From NCBI RefSeq assembly GCF_024521635.1, contig NW_026250403.1, forward strand, positions 2,790,001-2,854,000: DNA of 64,000 bases, in the 5' to 3' direction. The notes under the pieces are model-generated. The model did no database searches. It was not told the DNA's origin and was given only the letters and a program-made list of their open reading frames with translations. Of the stretch, positions 28,407 to 41,062 are shown piece after piece (the first letter of the stretch is position 1; each line of letters opens with the position of its first letter). The stretch comes from Tricharina praecox. Taxonomy: Eukaryota. Made by a program: the position numbers and the translations under genes.

Positions 28407-29911
28407 CTATTTACCCAGCTCGCCAAGAATCAAGCTCTTGTCCGATGATGCCGAGACGACTATAGGAAAGGTGTATCAGCATCAGGTCGGAGATGGGGCG
28501 CTAATAAATATGCACTTACTAATAGGTTCCGACACAACTGGCGAGAATCGCATGTCGTTGACTGTGCCTCTGTGGCCGGGCAGCTTGTACAGCAGCTTCT
28601 TGGACTCAACATCCCACACCGCCACGCTGCCGTCCGCACCTCCAGCCCCAATCTTTTCACCATTGGGTGACCAACTGGCACGAATCAGATTTTTCTCAAT
28701 TCCAGCCGGCGCTCCTTCGTATCTGAATCGCAGTTAGAAAGAGGTTCGACGAGGAAACAAAACAATCCGTCTTACGTGTTGATGTTGCGTGTTGAGGCGG
28801 CAAACGGGCGGATGTCCCAGGTCTTGACAGTGCTGTCCATGGAATTGGAGAGAAGCGATTGACCGTCCGGTGATACGCCAAGAGACGTGATTGTGTCTTG
28901 GTGGCCCCGTAACGTGTACGATATAGCCTTTTTGCGCAAATCCCAAACCTGTGAGACGGTTAGCCTAGCCCTTTGGCGGCACTTCGAGGGGCGGGTAAAG
29001 CTACTTTTATATCATTGTCTATTCCACCGCTGAAGATCTCATTCCCTGCCTCGCTCATTGTCAATGCCGTGACAGGAAAGCCGGTCTCGATGTAGTCCAC
29101 CGACTCTTTCTGCCGAGGATCCCATATCTATGCCACTGGTCAGCAACGGCGTTGAGAGGGGCGCTGCTAGAGAATTGATTACCCCAATAGTTCCGTCATC
29201 GCTCCCACTGATCATCACCTCGGGCCCTCGTCGGGCGACATCCATCACATTGATAACATCTTCATGACCCACGTATCTCCGGACCCTGATGCCGCCTTCT
29301 ATGTCCCAAGATGCCAACAGAGTATCCGCCGACGCCGAGAAAACTATACGGGAGTCTCTTGACCAGTGTAGATCGAGAATAGCTCCTTTATGGCCATTAA
29401 GTTCCAGATAATTCGCGCAATCGCCATAGGTTTTCCAAAGCACTGAAAAGCTGGCGCATCAGCATCCGATTGCCGCGTCATATAGGAAGGAAAAAGCGTA
29501 CGGATTGCACGATCAAAGCCGGCGGATGCGATGTTTTGACCGGTGGGATCGAAGCGCACGGCAAAGACCTCTTTCTACAACCCCATTAACTTGCATTCCA
29601 AACACGCAAGACAAAACAAGCGAGCCACAATTACGGAGGAAGACATACCCCGTGTCCCGTGAGCTCCATAATGGGAGCCTGCAGCCCGGATGTCCGAGGA
29701 ACCTGTAGACGCGCAAGTCAGATTCACTCTCTACGGGCCTGTATTCACGCGATGGGCTGCAACATACCGCTTGAATGAGCGCGCCACCGCTCGCCGACTG
29801 GTTGACTACTGATACGGCGGACGAGCTGCTTGGAACAGCATCAGGCCTGGTGCGCTTGACGAGCTGAGATGTGCCGAAGTGTTCGGGCGCCTTGCGCTTA
29901 TCGACCGACAT
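28407..29911 (-). CDS. spf38: U5 snRNP 40 kDa WD40 protein (SNRNP40/Spf38/Cwf17); complement(join(28407..28459,28520..28722,28776..28948,29005..29127,29183..29442,29502..29574,29649..29702,29768..29911))
   Basis: Eight exons give VPRTSGLQAPIMELTGH, EVFAVRFDPTGQNIASAGFDRAILLW, GHKGAILDLHWSRDS, SGSDDGTIGIWDPR and C-terminal SASSDKSLILGEL, typical of SNRNP40 orthologues. Confidence 0.92.
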
Positions 29912-30239
29912 GACAGCGATCTAGGGTACGCGGTATCTGGGCGATTCAGAAATGCGACGTGGTGGAGGAAGGTTCGCTGCTGGTGATGCAATTCCGACGT
30001 GTAGGCGAAAGCTTGTATGCGTGAGGTGAGGCGCGAACGCGGATTTCAGGCGTGTTGGTGAAGAGCGCCTGATGGTCACGCTAAAGCCTATGTTGGACTA
30101 GCGTCCGGTCACACTCTCATCGGGTCCTCCTGCACGCCTATTCCAACGTATTATCTATCGCATCCAACTCCATCTCCCTCCAAGTGCCCCCACCTCCCCC
30201 CACATTACATCGCCTCCTTGGGGCTCAGAGTTGCTCGAC
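29912..30239. promoter_or_regulatory. Short divergent (putative bidirectional) promoter region between spf38 and BET3
   Basis: Two start codons on opposite strands separated by only 328 bp. Confidence 0.6.
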
Positions 30240-31243
30240 ATGTCGTCCACGAAAGCAGCCCGCATCGGCGAAGAGTGAGTTCTACCTTTCCCCGTCGGCT
30301 GCTACAGCTGTTCACAGTTAACGAGTTCAAAGGGTTTGGAAGACTAGAATCGACAAAGTGGTTCGTTCGACCCGTCGCATTCCATCCAGCCGTACTGCTT
30401 TTCGGTAGCTAAAGCTTTTCCGATTCACAGAACGCCGAGCTGGTCACACTCACCTACGGATCCATCGTTGCGCAGCTATGCAAGGACTTCGAAGGCGACT
30501 ACATGGAGGTCAACAAGCAGTTAGACAAGATGGGCTACAACATCGGTTTACGTCTGATTGAGGATTTTCTGGCGAAGACAAACACCGGGAGGTGCGCAAA
30601 CTTCAGAGAGACAGCCGAGACCATCTCGAAGGTATGCACTCATACGCCCACCAGAACAGTTGCATTTAGAGGTCCAGTAGCTACCTCTTGAGCTTCATCT
30701 CGCACACACGGATGTGGAAGATGCGGCGAAACCGCTGTTTACCAGTTCAGATGAAGTTCACCTAAAATATGACGACTAACTCTGGTGCTATCAGATCGGA
30801 TTTAAAGTGTTTCTGAACATCACTCCTACGGTTACAAATTGGACGTCGGATAACAAACAATTCTCTCTGATATTCGACGAGAATCCTCTAGCAGACTTTG
30901 TCGAGCTACCGGATGATGGAAGGGCACAGAACGAGCTTTGGTACTCGAACATCCTTTGTGGTGTTTTGAGGGGATCATTGGAGATGGTCGGTACCCCCAT
31001 GCGCTTGTGTAGCTGACCGCGACCGCAATGTCATTGTCGATTTCAATCACACATGACATGTTGCGCAACCGTCCAGCAACCCCGATACATTTAGCTGACC
31101 GTTGTGCTGGTAAATACGAATAGGTTCAGATGCAGGTCGACACACACTTCGCGAGCGACGTGCTGCGGGGCAACGATTCTACAGAGATGAGGGTATCTCT
31201 CATCAGGATCATAGACGATGAGTTGCCTCCAGGAGAGGATTGA
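30240..31243 (+). CDS. BET3: TRAPP complex subunit Bet3 (TRAPPC3); join(30240..30274,30333..30360,30431..30631,30795..30986,31124..31243)
   Basis: Spliced product MSSTKAARIGEEVWKTRIDKVNAELVTLTYGSIVAQLCKD...LDKMGYNIGLRLIEDFLAK...ENPLADFVELP...LWYSNILCGVLRGSLEMVQM...DELPPGED*, matching Bet3 family motifs. Confidence 0.96.
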
Positions 31244-32916
31244 GCAATTGTCGTTGTTTTGTTGTTGCCGAATCGAATACCGCCAATGAATACCAGTATC
31301 ATACGAGCTCGGGGGCCACGGGTGAATGCATTCTATTCGTGACTATGATTCGTTCAGACCCATCCGTCTCTCCTACCCAATACGGCCGTGAAGCTTTCAA
31401 CTGAGGTGCAAACGTTGGGACGACCACTTTACAAGGGAACCCCCAGATAACTCGACGGACGCAGGCTGTAGTTAGCTATGTCGTACATACCGGTAGTGTT
31501 GACTTGTGGGGAAACGCGAGACGACGGTCGTCAAAATAAACCCAAGCCCAAGATCGTCCATCGTTGCTTGCCGGCTGACTGCTGCGCCTCGCACCTGATG
31601 ATTTCCGGCTCCCGAGAGCAGCCCTGAAGTGCCTGCGGGAGCTTGTAGCAGGCTAAAGACATCCGAGGAAGCCCACAGCTCCACGACCACACGCTTACTT
31701 GACGATCCGTACGGTGTTGCAAAGCGGGACAGATTCAACCATGTATCTTTCCTAGTGTATCTAGAGTACTACCTCTCAGGAGCAATCATCGGAACGGCAG
31801 CGCCCCGCCCTGCTCCGAAAACACCAAACGCACACGGCCGCCACGAAGGTTCGGTTCGGAGCTGTTGAGCTCTGGCCCCTTTCTTGTCATTAACTATTAG
31901 ATTCTGGGCTTACTTCCCATGTACCTGGATTGTTTACCTGTTCCTGATTCGTTGCAATTGGGATGCTCCTCCATCCTCCGATAACCCACTTACACGTCGT
32001 ACACGTCTTTTTTTCTTTTCTTTTCGCGTTAAAAACTCAGAGCCAACGATTGTGCGGATGAACAACGAGGACAGCTCTTCCTTCGCGGCCTGTTCCACTC
32101 CAGATATCACGCCCACGATTTATGCGTCTCCTCCTCCTTACACGGAGGACTTTCCCCGAGGAGTAGCACGACAAGTGACGAGGATCGAATGTGTGGTGGC
32201 ATTATGTATTTCCCTGATTTTGTGCTGGCACGTCGTTCCTCTCTCTCTCTATCTCGATCTCATGTGAGCTCCTCATGATCAGTCCAATTGGGGGGTTGGG
32301 TCGGTGAAAAAAATTCTTACTCCTACGTGCGCTGCATTCTCACAACCCTAACCCACGACCACCCTCCACCCTCCCACCTCGAGCTCTTCCCCCCCAGGAC
32401 TCCAGGAGGCTTGCCGGTGCCCTTCGCCTTCTCTCCCCGTTGCACCCCAGCCCGATATCTCCGGATACCTCCCCATCCCATTGACCCAGAACGCGTGGTC
32501 GAGAGCAATGTCTCTCCTCTGCGCGCGCTCCCTTGGATGCCGATGCTTCGTCTCCTGCTGCTGCTGCTTCCCTTCCCCCTTCCTTTCTTCTCTTCCCCTT
32601 CGATCCGGGTGAACATGGCCACTCCGGTCTCCGGTATATTGTTATTATTCCGCACTAGTCTCGTAGTGAAGTAGAGTACTTAAGCAATAAGTTGTGCCTG
32701 TCGTTCCCAGTTAGGGGATGGATGGACGATGGCAGCAGGGTGGATGGTTCGCCCCGTCAAGACAACAACGAAGCGCGCAGCTGGCAGTAGGGAACGTCAA
32801 CCCAACTCCACTGTTTTACCCACCAGCGGTAAGGCGGTACCGTTACCAATAGTTGACGAAGGCTCCAAGCCCGGAGCCGTCAAAGTCTGAGGAGGCACTC
32901 ACCTGCGCTCTCACTC

Positions 32917-32990
32917 TCTCTCTGTCTCTGTCTCTGTCTCTGTCTCTGTCTCTGTCTCTGTCTCTGTCTCTGTCTCTGTGTCTCTGTCTC
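32917..32990. repeat. (TCTCTG)n hexanucleotide microsatellite
   Basis: About 11 TCTCTG units upstream of som1. Confidence 0.9.
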
Positions 32991-33633
32991 TTTCTCTCTC
33001 TTTCTCTCTGCATCTAGAACGCATCAATTGGCATCGCCCCGTGTGAAGTTTAACCTAACCGTCCGCACTCGAGGCCCACCGACATCAGCAGGAGTAAGAA
33101 GCATGTATGATATGTACCGGTAGCATCAGATGCGCCATCTTCTCGCGGGACCGTGGCCACGCACGCAACTACTGTACATACATACAGCGAGGCGTCGTCT
33201 TTTCTCCTTCTCTTTGCGCTTTTGTATTTGTTCTCGAAGCCTTGCGCCTGGATTGAACCAGACGAACAACTGCAAGACCCTGAAGAATAATATCAGAAAT
33301 AATCAAAAGTAATGCGGATTTTCGGTATTTGTGCTGGATTTACCCTGTCTGCTCCACAACCAGACCATACACCCTTTCCCTTTTTCCCCCTTCCCCTAAA
33401 GAGTAGTGACGGGGCGCGGATTCAACTTGATCTCTCTCTCGCTCTCTCTCTTTCTCTCTTTCTGACTGAGCGAAGGATCCTACATACACCTGTGAGAGGT
33501 ACCATACCAGACTCTATGCTCCCCCCAGCCCCTCTAAACACGAGAGTTGCTTGAGCTCTTCCTGGAGTCTCTCTCTTCCTCCTACTGCCTGCCTGTCTGC
33601 CTGCCTGCCTACTCCTCCTCTTCCCTCCTCCTC

Positions 33634-33636
<3 letters not shown>

Positions 33637-33668
<32 letters not shown>

Positions 33669-33750
33669 ACCCACTGCTGCTGCTGCTGCTGCTGCTGCCA
33701 CTACTACTACTACCTACTACTACTACTACTACTACTATTACTACTACTAC
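33637..33750. repeat. Compound microsatellite (CA)n-(CTG)n-(TAC)n
   Basis: Three adjacent simple repeats upstream of som1. Confidence 0.9.
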
Positions 33751-34982
33751 AGCCCCCCAAGTAACCACCCACCAACTACTACCTTACCAACCCGCACCAC
33801 CAACCCGCCGCTCCCCCCCCCCCATCCCCCGTCCCCCGTCCGTTCACCACCCCCCACTCCTTCCGCCCCCAGGGCCCTTTTCTCCGAACCACAGACAGAC
33901 GAACAAGCACAGGAAAAAAGAACGCCAGAAGAAGAAGAAGAACATCAGGAAGAAGAAAAAGAAGAACACGAAGAAGAAAGAAGTGAAGATCCAGAGCTGG
34001 AACAAGAAGAAGAAGTGACCCGGCGATTATCCTGCCACCTTCCACTATCCCTTCGCCTAGTCTGTCGCCTGCTCTATACCCAGCTCGTTTCTCTCTTGAG
34101 AAATCAATATCCAGTACATACAGAGTGTCCCCCATACATACTTCCTCCGCTGTATGAGTACCTGCCTGCTGGTCTCCCATACGAACTACGACTCCCAGAA
34201 ACGACCTTCCACACTGCCCTTCCTCACGTTGCCTTCTGCTTCTCAGGCAGCAACCAGCAACCACACACCCCATCGCAAACCTTCCCCCCTCCGCAGCAAC
34301 TACCACAACCCACCCAACCACACCCAAAACTAAAACCAACCACCCGCCATAACTATCCCTCCACTCACACTCCCCTCCCCCCCGGCAACCCTACTCTTCC
34401 ACCGACCGCGCGGGCGAACTCCCACCTACTCCCACCCCTCGGTCGCTTCAAGCTCGCCAACCCCCTCGGCATTCTCAACCGGTTATTCTGGACGTCTGCT
34501 CATCCGTTTCTTGACGCTCCATCGCGACCGGTTCCACCAAGTACCCCCCTCCGTCGGTCGATCGCTTCAATCATCTAATCCGTCCCGACCCTGCCGACTT
34601 ACACGCTCCCTCCCAACTATACCGCCCAAAAGTAAAAAAAAAACGCACCTTCGTTGTCGGTTCGGTGGCGAAAACTGGCTAACTAAACAGTCCTCTCGCC
34701 GAACTCGCGTGCTCCTTTCCGCCAGGACCCTTCGTGGTGTAGCAGCTGCTTACTTCGCGCGACGTTACCGTGCGGTTGCCGCCTGTCCACGTTTCTTTCC
34801 CTCGCTGGGATAGGCTCAATTTGCATCCGATCAACGCCTGCATCTGGGTCCTCTGCCTCCTTGTCCTCCTCTTTCTCCGAGCAGCAGTCGCTTGCCGTTC
34901 ACATCGAGGGCGGCAAACTCGAAATCACGGGCGCCACAGGCGTCGGCTACGTTATCAGTTCGAATTTCCTCTCTCGGTCACC

Positions 34983-37845
34983 ATGAGCCAACCGGATCAG
35001 AAACCTCCACAAACTGGCCCGAACATGAACATGAACCTAAACAATATCGGGGGGGTCGTCGGCGGAGCACCAGGCATGGACCACGGCGCGGCTCGCGGTA
35101 ATACAGGCGCCGGTTTCGACGGACGACAAATGCTGAATACATACATTTACGACTATTTTTGCAAGAACGATATGTTCGACTGCGCGAACGCGTTATTGAA
35201 GGCGCCGGATGCGGAAGTCCAGGTGGACGCCAACTTTCGACCCAGTCCATCGCGTAGGCCGCAAAAACACGAAAATGATGGCAATGTCATGAACGGCATC
35301 GACGAAGAACCGATGGACGGTGACGGTCAAAGGCAAGACGACGGCGACGAGGCCAAAAACATCAAAGATCTACCACCAGCAAAGGTGCCTACATCTATTT
35401 CAGGGTCATTCTTACTGGAGTGGTGGTGTTGCTTTATGGATATCTATTGGGCGCGCACCAAGGGCAACGCATCCATTGCGGCAAACGCCTATGTGAATCA
35501 GACGCAGGTTTGTGATCCAAAGCTGGGGAGTGAGGGGAGATGAGGTGGGAGGGAAGGGGGCGTACTTGCAGGATATTCGGATTAACACGATGGTCAGACC
35601 CAACAACGGTTTCGGAACGAGCAATTCATGCGGATGAACCCGAACAACCAGGCAGCTCTCATGGGCCAGCAGATAAACTATCCCGCTCGGATGATGCCCG
35701 GAGGGATAAATGGTGTGCACGCTGGCCAGGAAGGGACGGGCAGTCCTGGCGACATGGCGCATAAACCGGGTCAACAAGGGCAGCTACAGCGCTCTGTGTT
35801 GCAGAAAATGACTGCGGCGGGGAGGTAATTGGAATCTTAAATCCTTCGTGCAGTACATGAATGTCGATCTAACGAATGGGGTTTCGCCCGATGCAGAGGA
35901 CCACACCAGATGACGCCCCTCGGTCGCCCACAACTGATGCAGCACATGGCCAGCCGGGATGAAATCAATGAGATGAACGGGCAACAAAGACCTCAATCAC
36001 CGGCGGCTGCAGTTGCAGCTGCGTCGCCTGGCAACAAGCGAGTACGCTTAGAAAATGGACAATATGAGCAAGTCGGGAATGGAAGAGGCGGTACACCCCA
36101 AGGCGTTCCCCCAGGCGCCGCGGCACAGAGCGCCACTGTCAATGCGGCCCAGCAGATGTTGATCGCGAACGGCATTAACCCCAACACACTGTCCGCGAAC
36201 CAGTTTGCGGCCTTTCAAGGTCAGCCTCCTCATTCTCAGCAGCGTTCGATGCAGATGTATGCTCAAAACATGGCTGCAGCTACGGGCAAGAACATCGCGC
36301 AGTTGCAGGGTGGGCCCAAGGGAATGCCGCAGAATTCAGGACAAGCAGGATCACCAATGATGCCGCAGACATCAGAAGGCGGCCTTGGTGGAAGCATGAA
36401 TGAATTCTACGCTGCTCCTGGCGGTGGAATGCGCGCTGGTGGTTTGGGTGGAGCCGGAAACCATGCTCTGCAGGACTATCAGATGCAGCTGATGCTGCTT
36501 GAGCAACAAAACAAGAAGAGGTTGATGATGGCGAGGCAGGAGCAGGACAACATTGCCACCCATAACGATGCGAACCGGCCCGGCTATCACCCGAGCATGT
36601 CACCCAACAGCCGAGCGGTGCCCTCACCAGGGCCCGGTGGGAAAGCTAGTGGCATGGCGGGAACGCCCAAGATGCCGAATCAAGTTCCTGGCTCACCACT
36701 ACCCGACGGCCAGATGGGCGGGCGGTTGCAACAAGGGAACTCGCCCGCAGCTGCGGGTTTCAACGGTCCGATGGCGGAAGGCAACCATCCAATGATGTAC
36801 AGTCAGATGGCCAACAACGGTGCTGGTGTACCCAACGGTGTAGGCATGATGCGACCGCCTGGCTTCGAGGGTCAGATGCAGCCGGGGATGGCCGCGCAGA
36901 TGAACCCGAACATGCGGGCGCAACAGGCTGGTCGAGGGCAGCCGGCAGGTGGCATGTGGCACCCGCAGCAGCAGCAGATGCAGCAGCAGCAACAACAAGC
37001 ACAGCAGCAAGCGCAGCAGCAAGCACAGCAGCAAGCGCAGCAGCAAGCGCAGCAGCAAGCGCAGCAGCAAGCACAGCAGCAGGCGCAGCAACAAGCGCAG
37101 CAGCAGCCACAGTCCCAGCAGCCCAGCCAGCAGCAGCCCAACCAGCCTCCCCAGCAAGCCGGTACACCGCAGCCTCGCCAGCAGACCCTACCACACACGG
37201 CTATGCCTCCTCCTCAAGCACCTGCCAATCCTCCCGGTGCAGGCCGACCAGCGCCGGCTTCTCCGCAGGTGAACAACCAGCCTCCCACCCCTACCCAGAC
37301 GAACAAGGCAAATCCGAAGGGAAAGAACGCCCCGCAAACCAAAAAGGTATCATTGCGTGTTTGTTCGTTTTGTCTGTTGAGCGCTAATTCTAAAATAGCA
37401 GCGACCAAAGAAGGGCGCCGCTCCGCCCACCGCGCCAAGCGTCGTTACGCCAACGACATCAGAGCCGCCGACACCGACAACACCGACGATCCCGCAACAC
37501 CCTCACTCGTTCAACGGTCCCAACAACGGTCGACCAAATTTCACATCGGGCGGGCCAAATCCATCGGGAAACACTTCTGCTGGACAGTCTGTACAACAGC
37601 CCACACCGAACCCCGCGCCTGCGGCGCCACCAGTACCGAACGACCCGATCCAGCCCGCTTCCACTTTTGCTGGCATAGACATGAATGTGGATTTCTCGGG
37701 AGACTTTGGCAACGGCGAATCGGATCTTTTGGACAACTTCGATTTTGATTCATTCTTGAATACCACGGAGGATAGCTCTGGCGGACTTGGGTTTGGGGAT
37801 AACCTGCAATGGGCAGACGGTGGTGAGGTTGCAGGAGACTCGTAA
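34983..37845 (+). CDS. som1: LisH/LUFS-domain transcriptional regulator Som1/SomA (Flo8/Mss11 family); join(34983..35507,35598..35824,35897..37346,37399..37845)
   Basis: LisH/LUFS segment LNTYIYDYFCKNDMFDCANALL...SFLLEWWCCFMDIYW; conserved NHALQDYQMQLMLLEQQNKKRLMMARQEQ; NLS-like SPGNKRVRL; C-terminal LDNFDFDSFL. Three canonical introns restore one frame. Confidence 0.93.
36966..37106 (+). repeat. Coding 12-bp tandem repeat encoding polyQ/(QQQA)n in Som1
   Basis: Repeated CAGCAGCAAGCR units translating to QQQQMQQQQQQAQQQAQQQA... Confidence 0.9.
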
Positions 37846-40521
37846 TGGGGGGCTACTGGCCCAGGTGTTATGTTTTTGGGCTTTTCCTTTTTTACGTGCT
37901 TTATTCTCTTCTTCATTCTCGGAGGCGGCTTTAACTCCTTGGTTCGTTTTCTTATTCTGCATTTAACTTTTTTTTACATGTTCCTTGCCGGACGATATAT
38001 AAAGTGGCTGGTCTTCTGGGAAAGGTTTTTGCTTTTTGTCTGATTGCTGCTGTTCTTTGCTCAAGTGGTTGCCTCTCTATCTTATCGATTTTTCTTTTTA
38101 CCCTCAAATGTTCGATTATTTTTTGATTTCCCTCCTCCTCATCCTCCCTCCGCATTTTCTCACCGCGGATGGGTTTATGAGGGGAGGGTGTGAGGGGTGC
38201 TTTGTGTGGATTGAAGAACAACCTACCAAACCCTTCGTAGTTGTTTGTGTTTGTGTTTGTGTTGCCGCTTTTTTTTCTTTTTTCCTTGTCTTTTCCACAA
38301 AAAAAGTAGGCTTTTATGAGGGAGGGTCATGCTTTTTTTCTTCTTCTTCTTTTTGTGCTTATCTCGCGTGCGTTTGTGATTTTGGCGAGTGAGTGAGGTG
38401 GGGTGTATGGCAATTCCTACTGTTGGTGATGTGTATGCTGTTTTGCTGCTTGGGGATCGTGTTTGGGATCGTTCGTCACTGTCACGGGGTTGTCACGGGG
38501 CTGTCACGGGGCTGTCACGGGACCAGTCACGGGACCAGTCATGTCCTGTCCTGTCTAAGTCCAGTCCAGTCCACACACGTAAACACGTAAAGTGACTCGG
38601 CGGCGGCGGTCTGGTGGCAGAGGTTTGGGGGGTGGTGGAAACTTCGTAGTTACTTTCGTATGGATGGATGGGTGGGGGAATGCAATACCTTTTTATTTTA
38701 CTTTGCTACATCGGAGAAGGGTAGGTGAGCTATGGCTATGGATGGCTATGGATTTCCGGTCGGTTCGTCTGTAGTACTGGTGGTGCTAGTGTTTTCATTT
38801 CATTTCATTTTATTTTTTTTGCTTTTTTGTGTACCATTCGCTCGCCTTTTTTTTCTTCCTTCATTTCCTTGCTTTCTATTGTGGGATAATTCTTCGTTTT
38901 ATTTTCTCTTCTTTTTTACCTTCTTCATCATCATGTTCTTCTTCTTCTTCTTCATTGACTGTTGCATCGATTGTTGCATACTACGTTGCATTCTACGTTG
39001 CGTGCTACCATATCATATCATACCTATCATACCTCACACTTCACTCTGTTTTGCTATGATACTTATCATATCGAGGTTTTGATATGCTGTTCTACCTATA
39101 CTGTTCCACCTACCTATGGCCCTGTGTGGGCAGATTTGTTGGTGGATTATGTTGCGACTGAGAATGGGAATAAACCTATTCACTGAACCCTCTTATACTC
39201 TTTGAAAATCGAGCCATTCCGTTCCTTTATTTGTAGCTTTAGCTCTGGCTTTGGTTTACCTTCTTGGGTTTTGGCTTAAGTTTTGGCTTTGGTTGATGTT
39301 TTTGGGCTTGCTTGCTTTTTTGGGGCGGCCGTTGGGAACAGAACACGGCCGTTGGAGAAAACGGGTTGAGATGCGGATGGGATGGGATGATGTGCGGAGG
39401 AGGCTAGAAGACCGTGCGGAGAAAGAAGGGTTGTTTGTGTACCGTACCTAGTATGAACCTACTCGGTGCTTGCTGCAACCCGGTTGATGACAGGACACTT
39501 GAATTGGTACATACATTATAGGGCACTTCGCCATTGCGTCCTGGAACGTGCTGTTACACATATCTAGTAGATACGGTAGGCAAGATGATGAATGGCGGGT
39601 AGACCGTAGATGAGTCGACATATTCATTACGCAGCACTCGCTGGTCACGGGATCTGGTGCAAATGTACCTAGCACCTGCCATGCATCCACTGACAGGTCA
39701 CAGGAGAAGGGCATAAATCCTTATGTACGTTGGGTTAAACCTAAAAAATAGCATGTACCTTATACTTGGTAGTAATATGCAGAAATGAGAAAGAAAAATG
39801 TAAAGAAGAAACAAAATCGTTTGATCGAAACGGTGCTCGTATGATACATGAATGCCTGAATTTAGCTGCTTTATCCTCTCCGGAATATTACTTGCCAGCT
39901 AGATGGTTTCAATTCTTGTACTGAAGACGGTCCTAGTCCTCCTGTGCAGCTCTCTTCATCTTCCCACGGCGTTGGCGGGTAGTCCGCCAGCGCTGGACAA
40001 TTGTTGGATGTGGTTGTTGCAGTCACGCAGCGCGCTCGGAAAGCCATCGTTATTTTTGCTGTCAGCCTTGCATTGCAAGTACGATGGCCAGGGCGCAAGT
40101 GCGCAAGTGGCAGCGCCGGGGCCGGGGCCGCCATGTTTCCGGATCCTCAAAACCTGTCTCGACGTCCCGTACCTACTCCAGTGCCAAACGTCATTTCGCG
40201 ACCCGACCCCGTATAGCCTGGCACGCACGGGTGTGTAGCCCGCTCAGCCTCAAGCCCTGCCGGCTTCTCTGTCGCGTTTAACTATGATAGCCTTGATATG
40301 TAGGGAGGGGCCAGGTACTACGTCAGTCTGTGTACCTTAACGTGTTGTAACTTGTCGTTGCAGGGTAAAAGCGACAAACCTCTACGTCATACATCCCCAA
40401 GTGCCAAGCCCAGAGCTAAACCCTGGCAGGAGACCTGGCGGAAGACCCTGAGTTCACGATACAGGACGTCATCGATTGCGGACCCTGAAGTGCCTGAAGT
40501 GACGGGAAGCATTGACAGCTG

Positions 40522-40527
40522 TATAAA
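40522..40527 (+). promoter_or_regulatory. TATA box of the Hsp9/Hsp12 gene
   Basis: TATAAA ~135 bp upstream of the ATG, followed by a CT-rich tract and a CA-rich leader ending in ATCACCATG. Confidence 0.6.
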
Positions 40528-40657
40528 GAGGTCGTGAATCCCCTCCCCCCCCTCTCTCTCTCTCTCCATCCACACAACCACACAACTATATCCTCTATCT
40601 GCACCCAACTACCACACACAAACAACACAAAACTCACAAACAAACAACACAATCACC

Positions 40658-41062
40658 ATGTCCGACACTTTCCGCAAGTCCTTCTCCGACCGCGCCGAGG
40701 AGAAGATCACGCCCGACTCTTCCAAGTCGACCATGGACAAGGCCAAGGAGAACGTTACTACCACTGCTGACAGTACGTCCCCCCTCCGAGGATGAATGAA
40801 TGAATGCTGATGATGCAACAACAGAAGTCGCCGGTGAACTCCAGACCGATTCCTCCAAGAGCACCTCCCAGGCGGGCTTCGATAAGGGCCGCCGCGAGAA
40901 GGAGACCGTTGTTGACAAGGTATGTGCTTTCCACTCTTCTTCTTCTTATACTTCTTCTTCGAAGGAAACATAGTACTGACAATCGAAAAGCTCAAGGACG
41001 CTGTCGGTCTCGGTGACAAGCACACCACCACTTCGACTACCAATACCAACACTAGCATCTAG
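40658..41062 (+). CDS. hsp12: Small heat-shock/LEA-like protein, Hsp9/Hsp12 family; join(40658..40772,40825..40919,40991..41062)
   Basis: Not visible in the ORF track; spliced product MSDTFRKSFSDRAEEKITPDSSKSTMDKAKENVTTTADKVAGELQTDSSKSTSQAGFDKGRREKETVVDKLKDAVGLGDKH... has the Hsp9/12 pattern (MSD.GRK.FS.KA.EK..PDS.KS); biased codon usage. Confidence 0.88.

Noticed and set aside
33547-34578. 343-aa ORF upstream of som1
   Set aside because: TTG start, translation is microsatellite-derived (poly-A/T/Y/E); no domain.
39871-40238. GC-rich overlapping ORFs of 65-111 aa
   Set aside because: No recognisable motif or consistent splice structure; may be a relic but cannot be supported.
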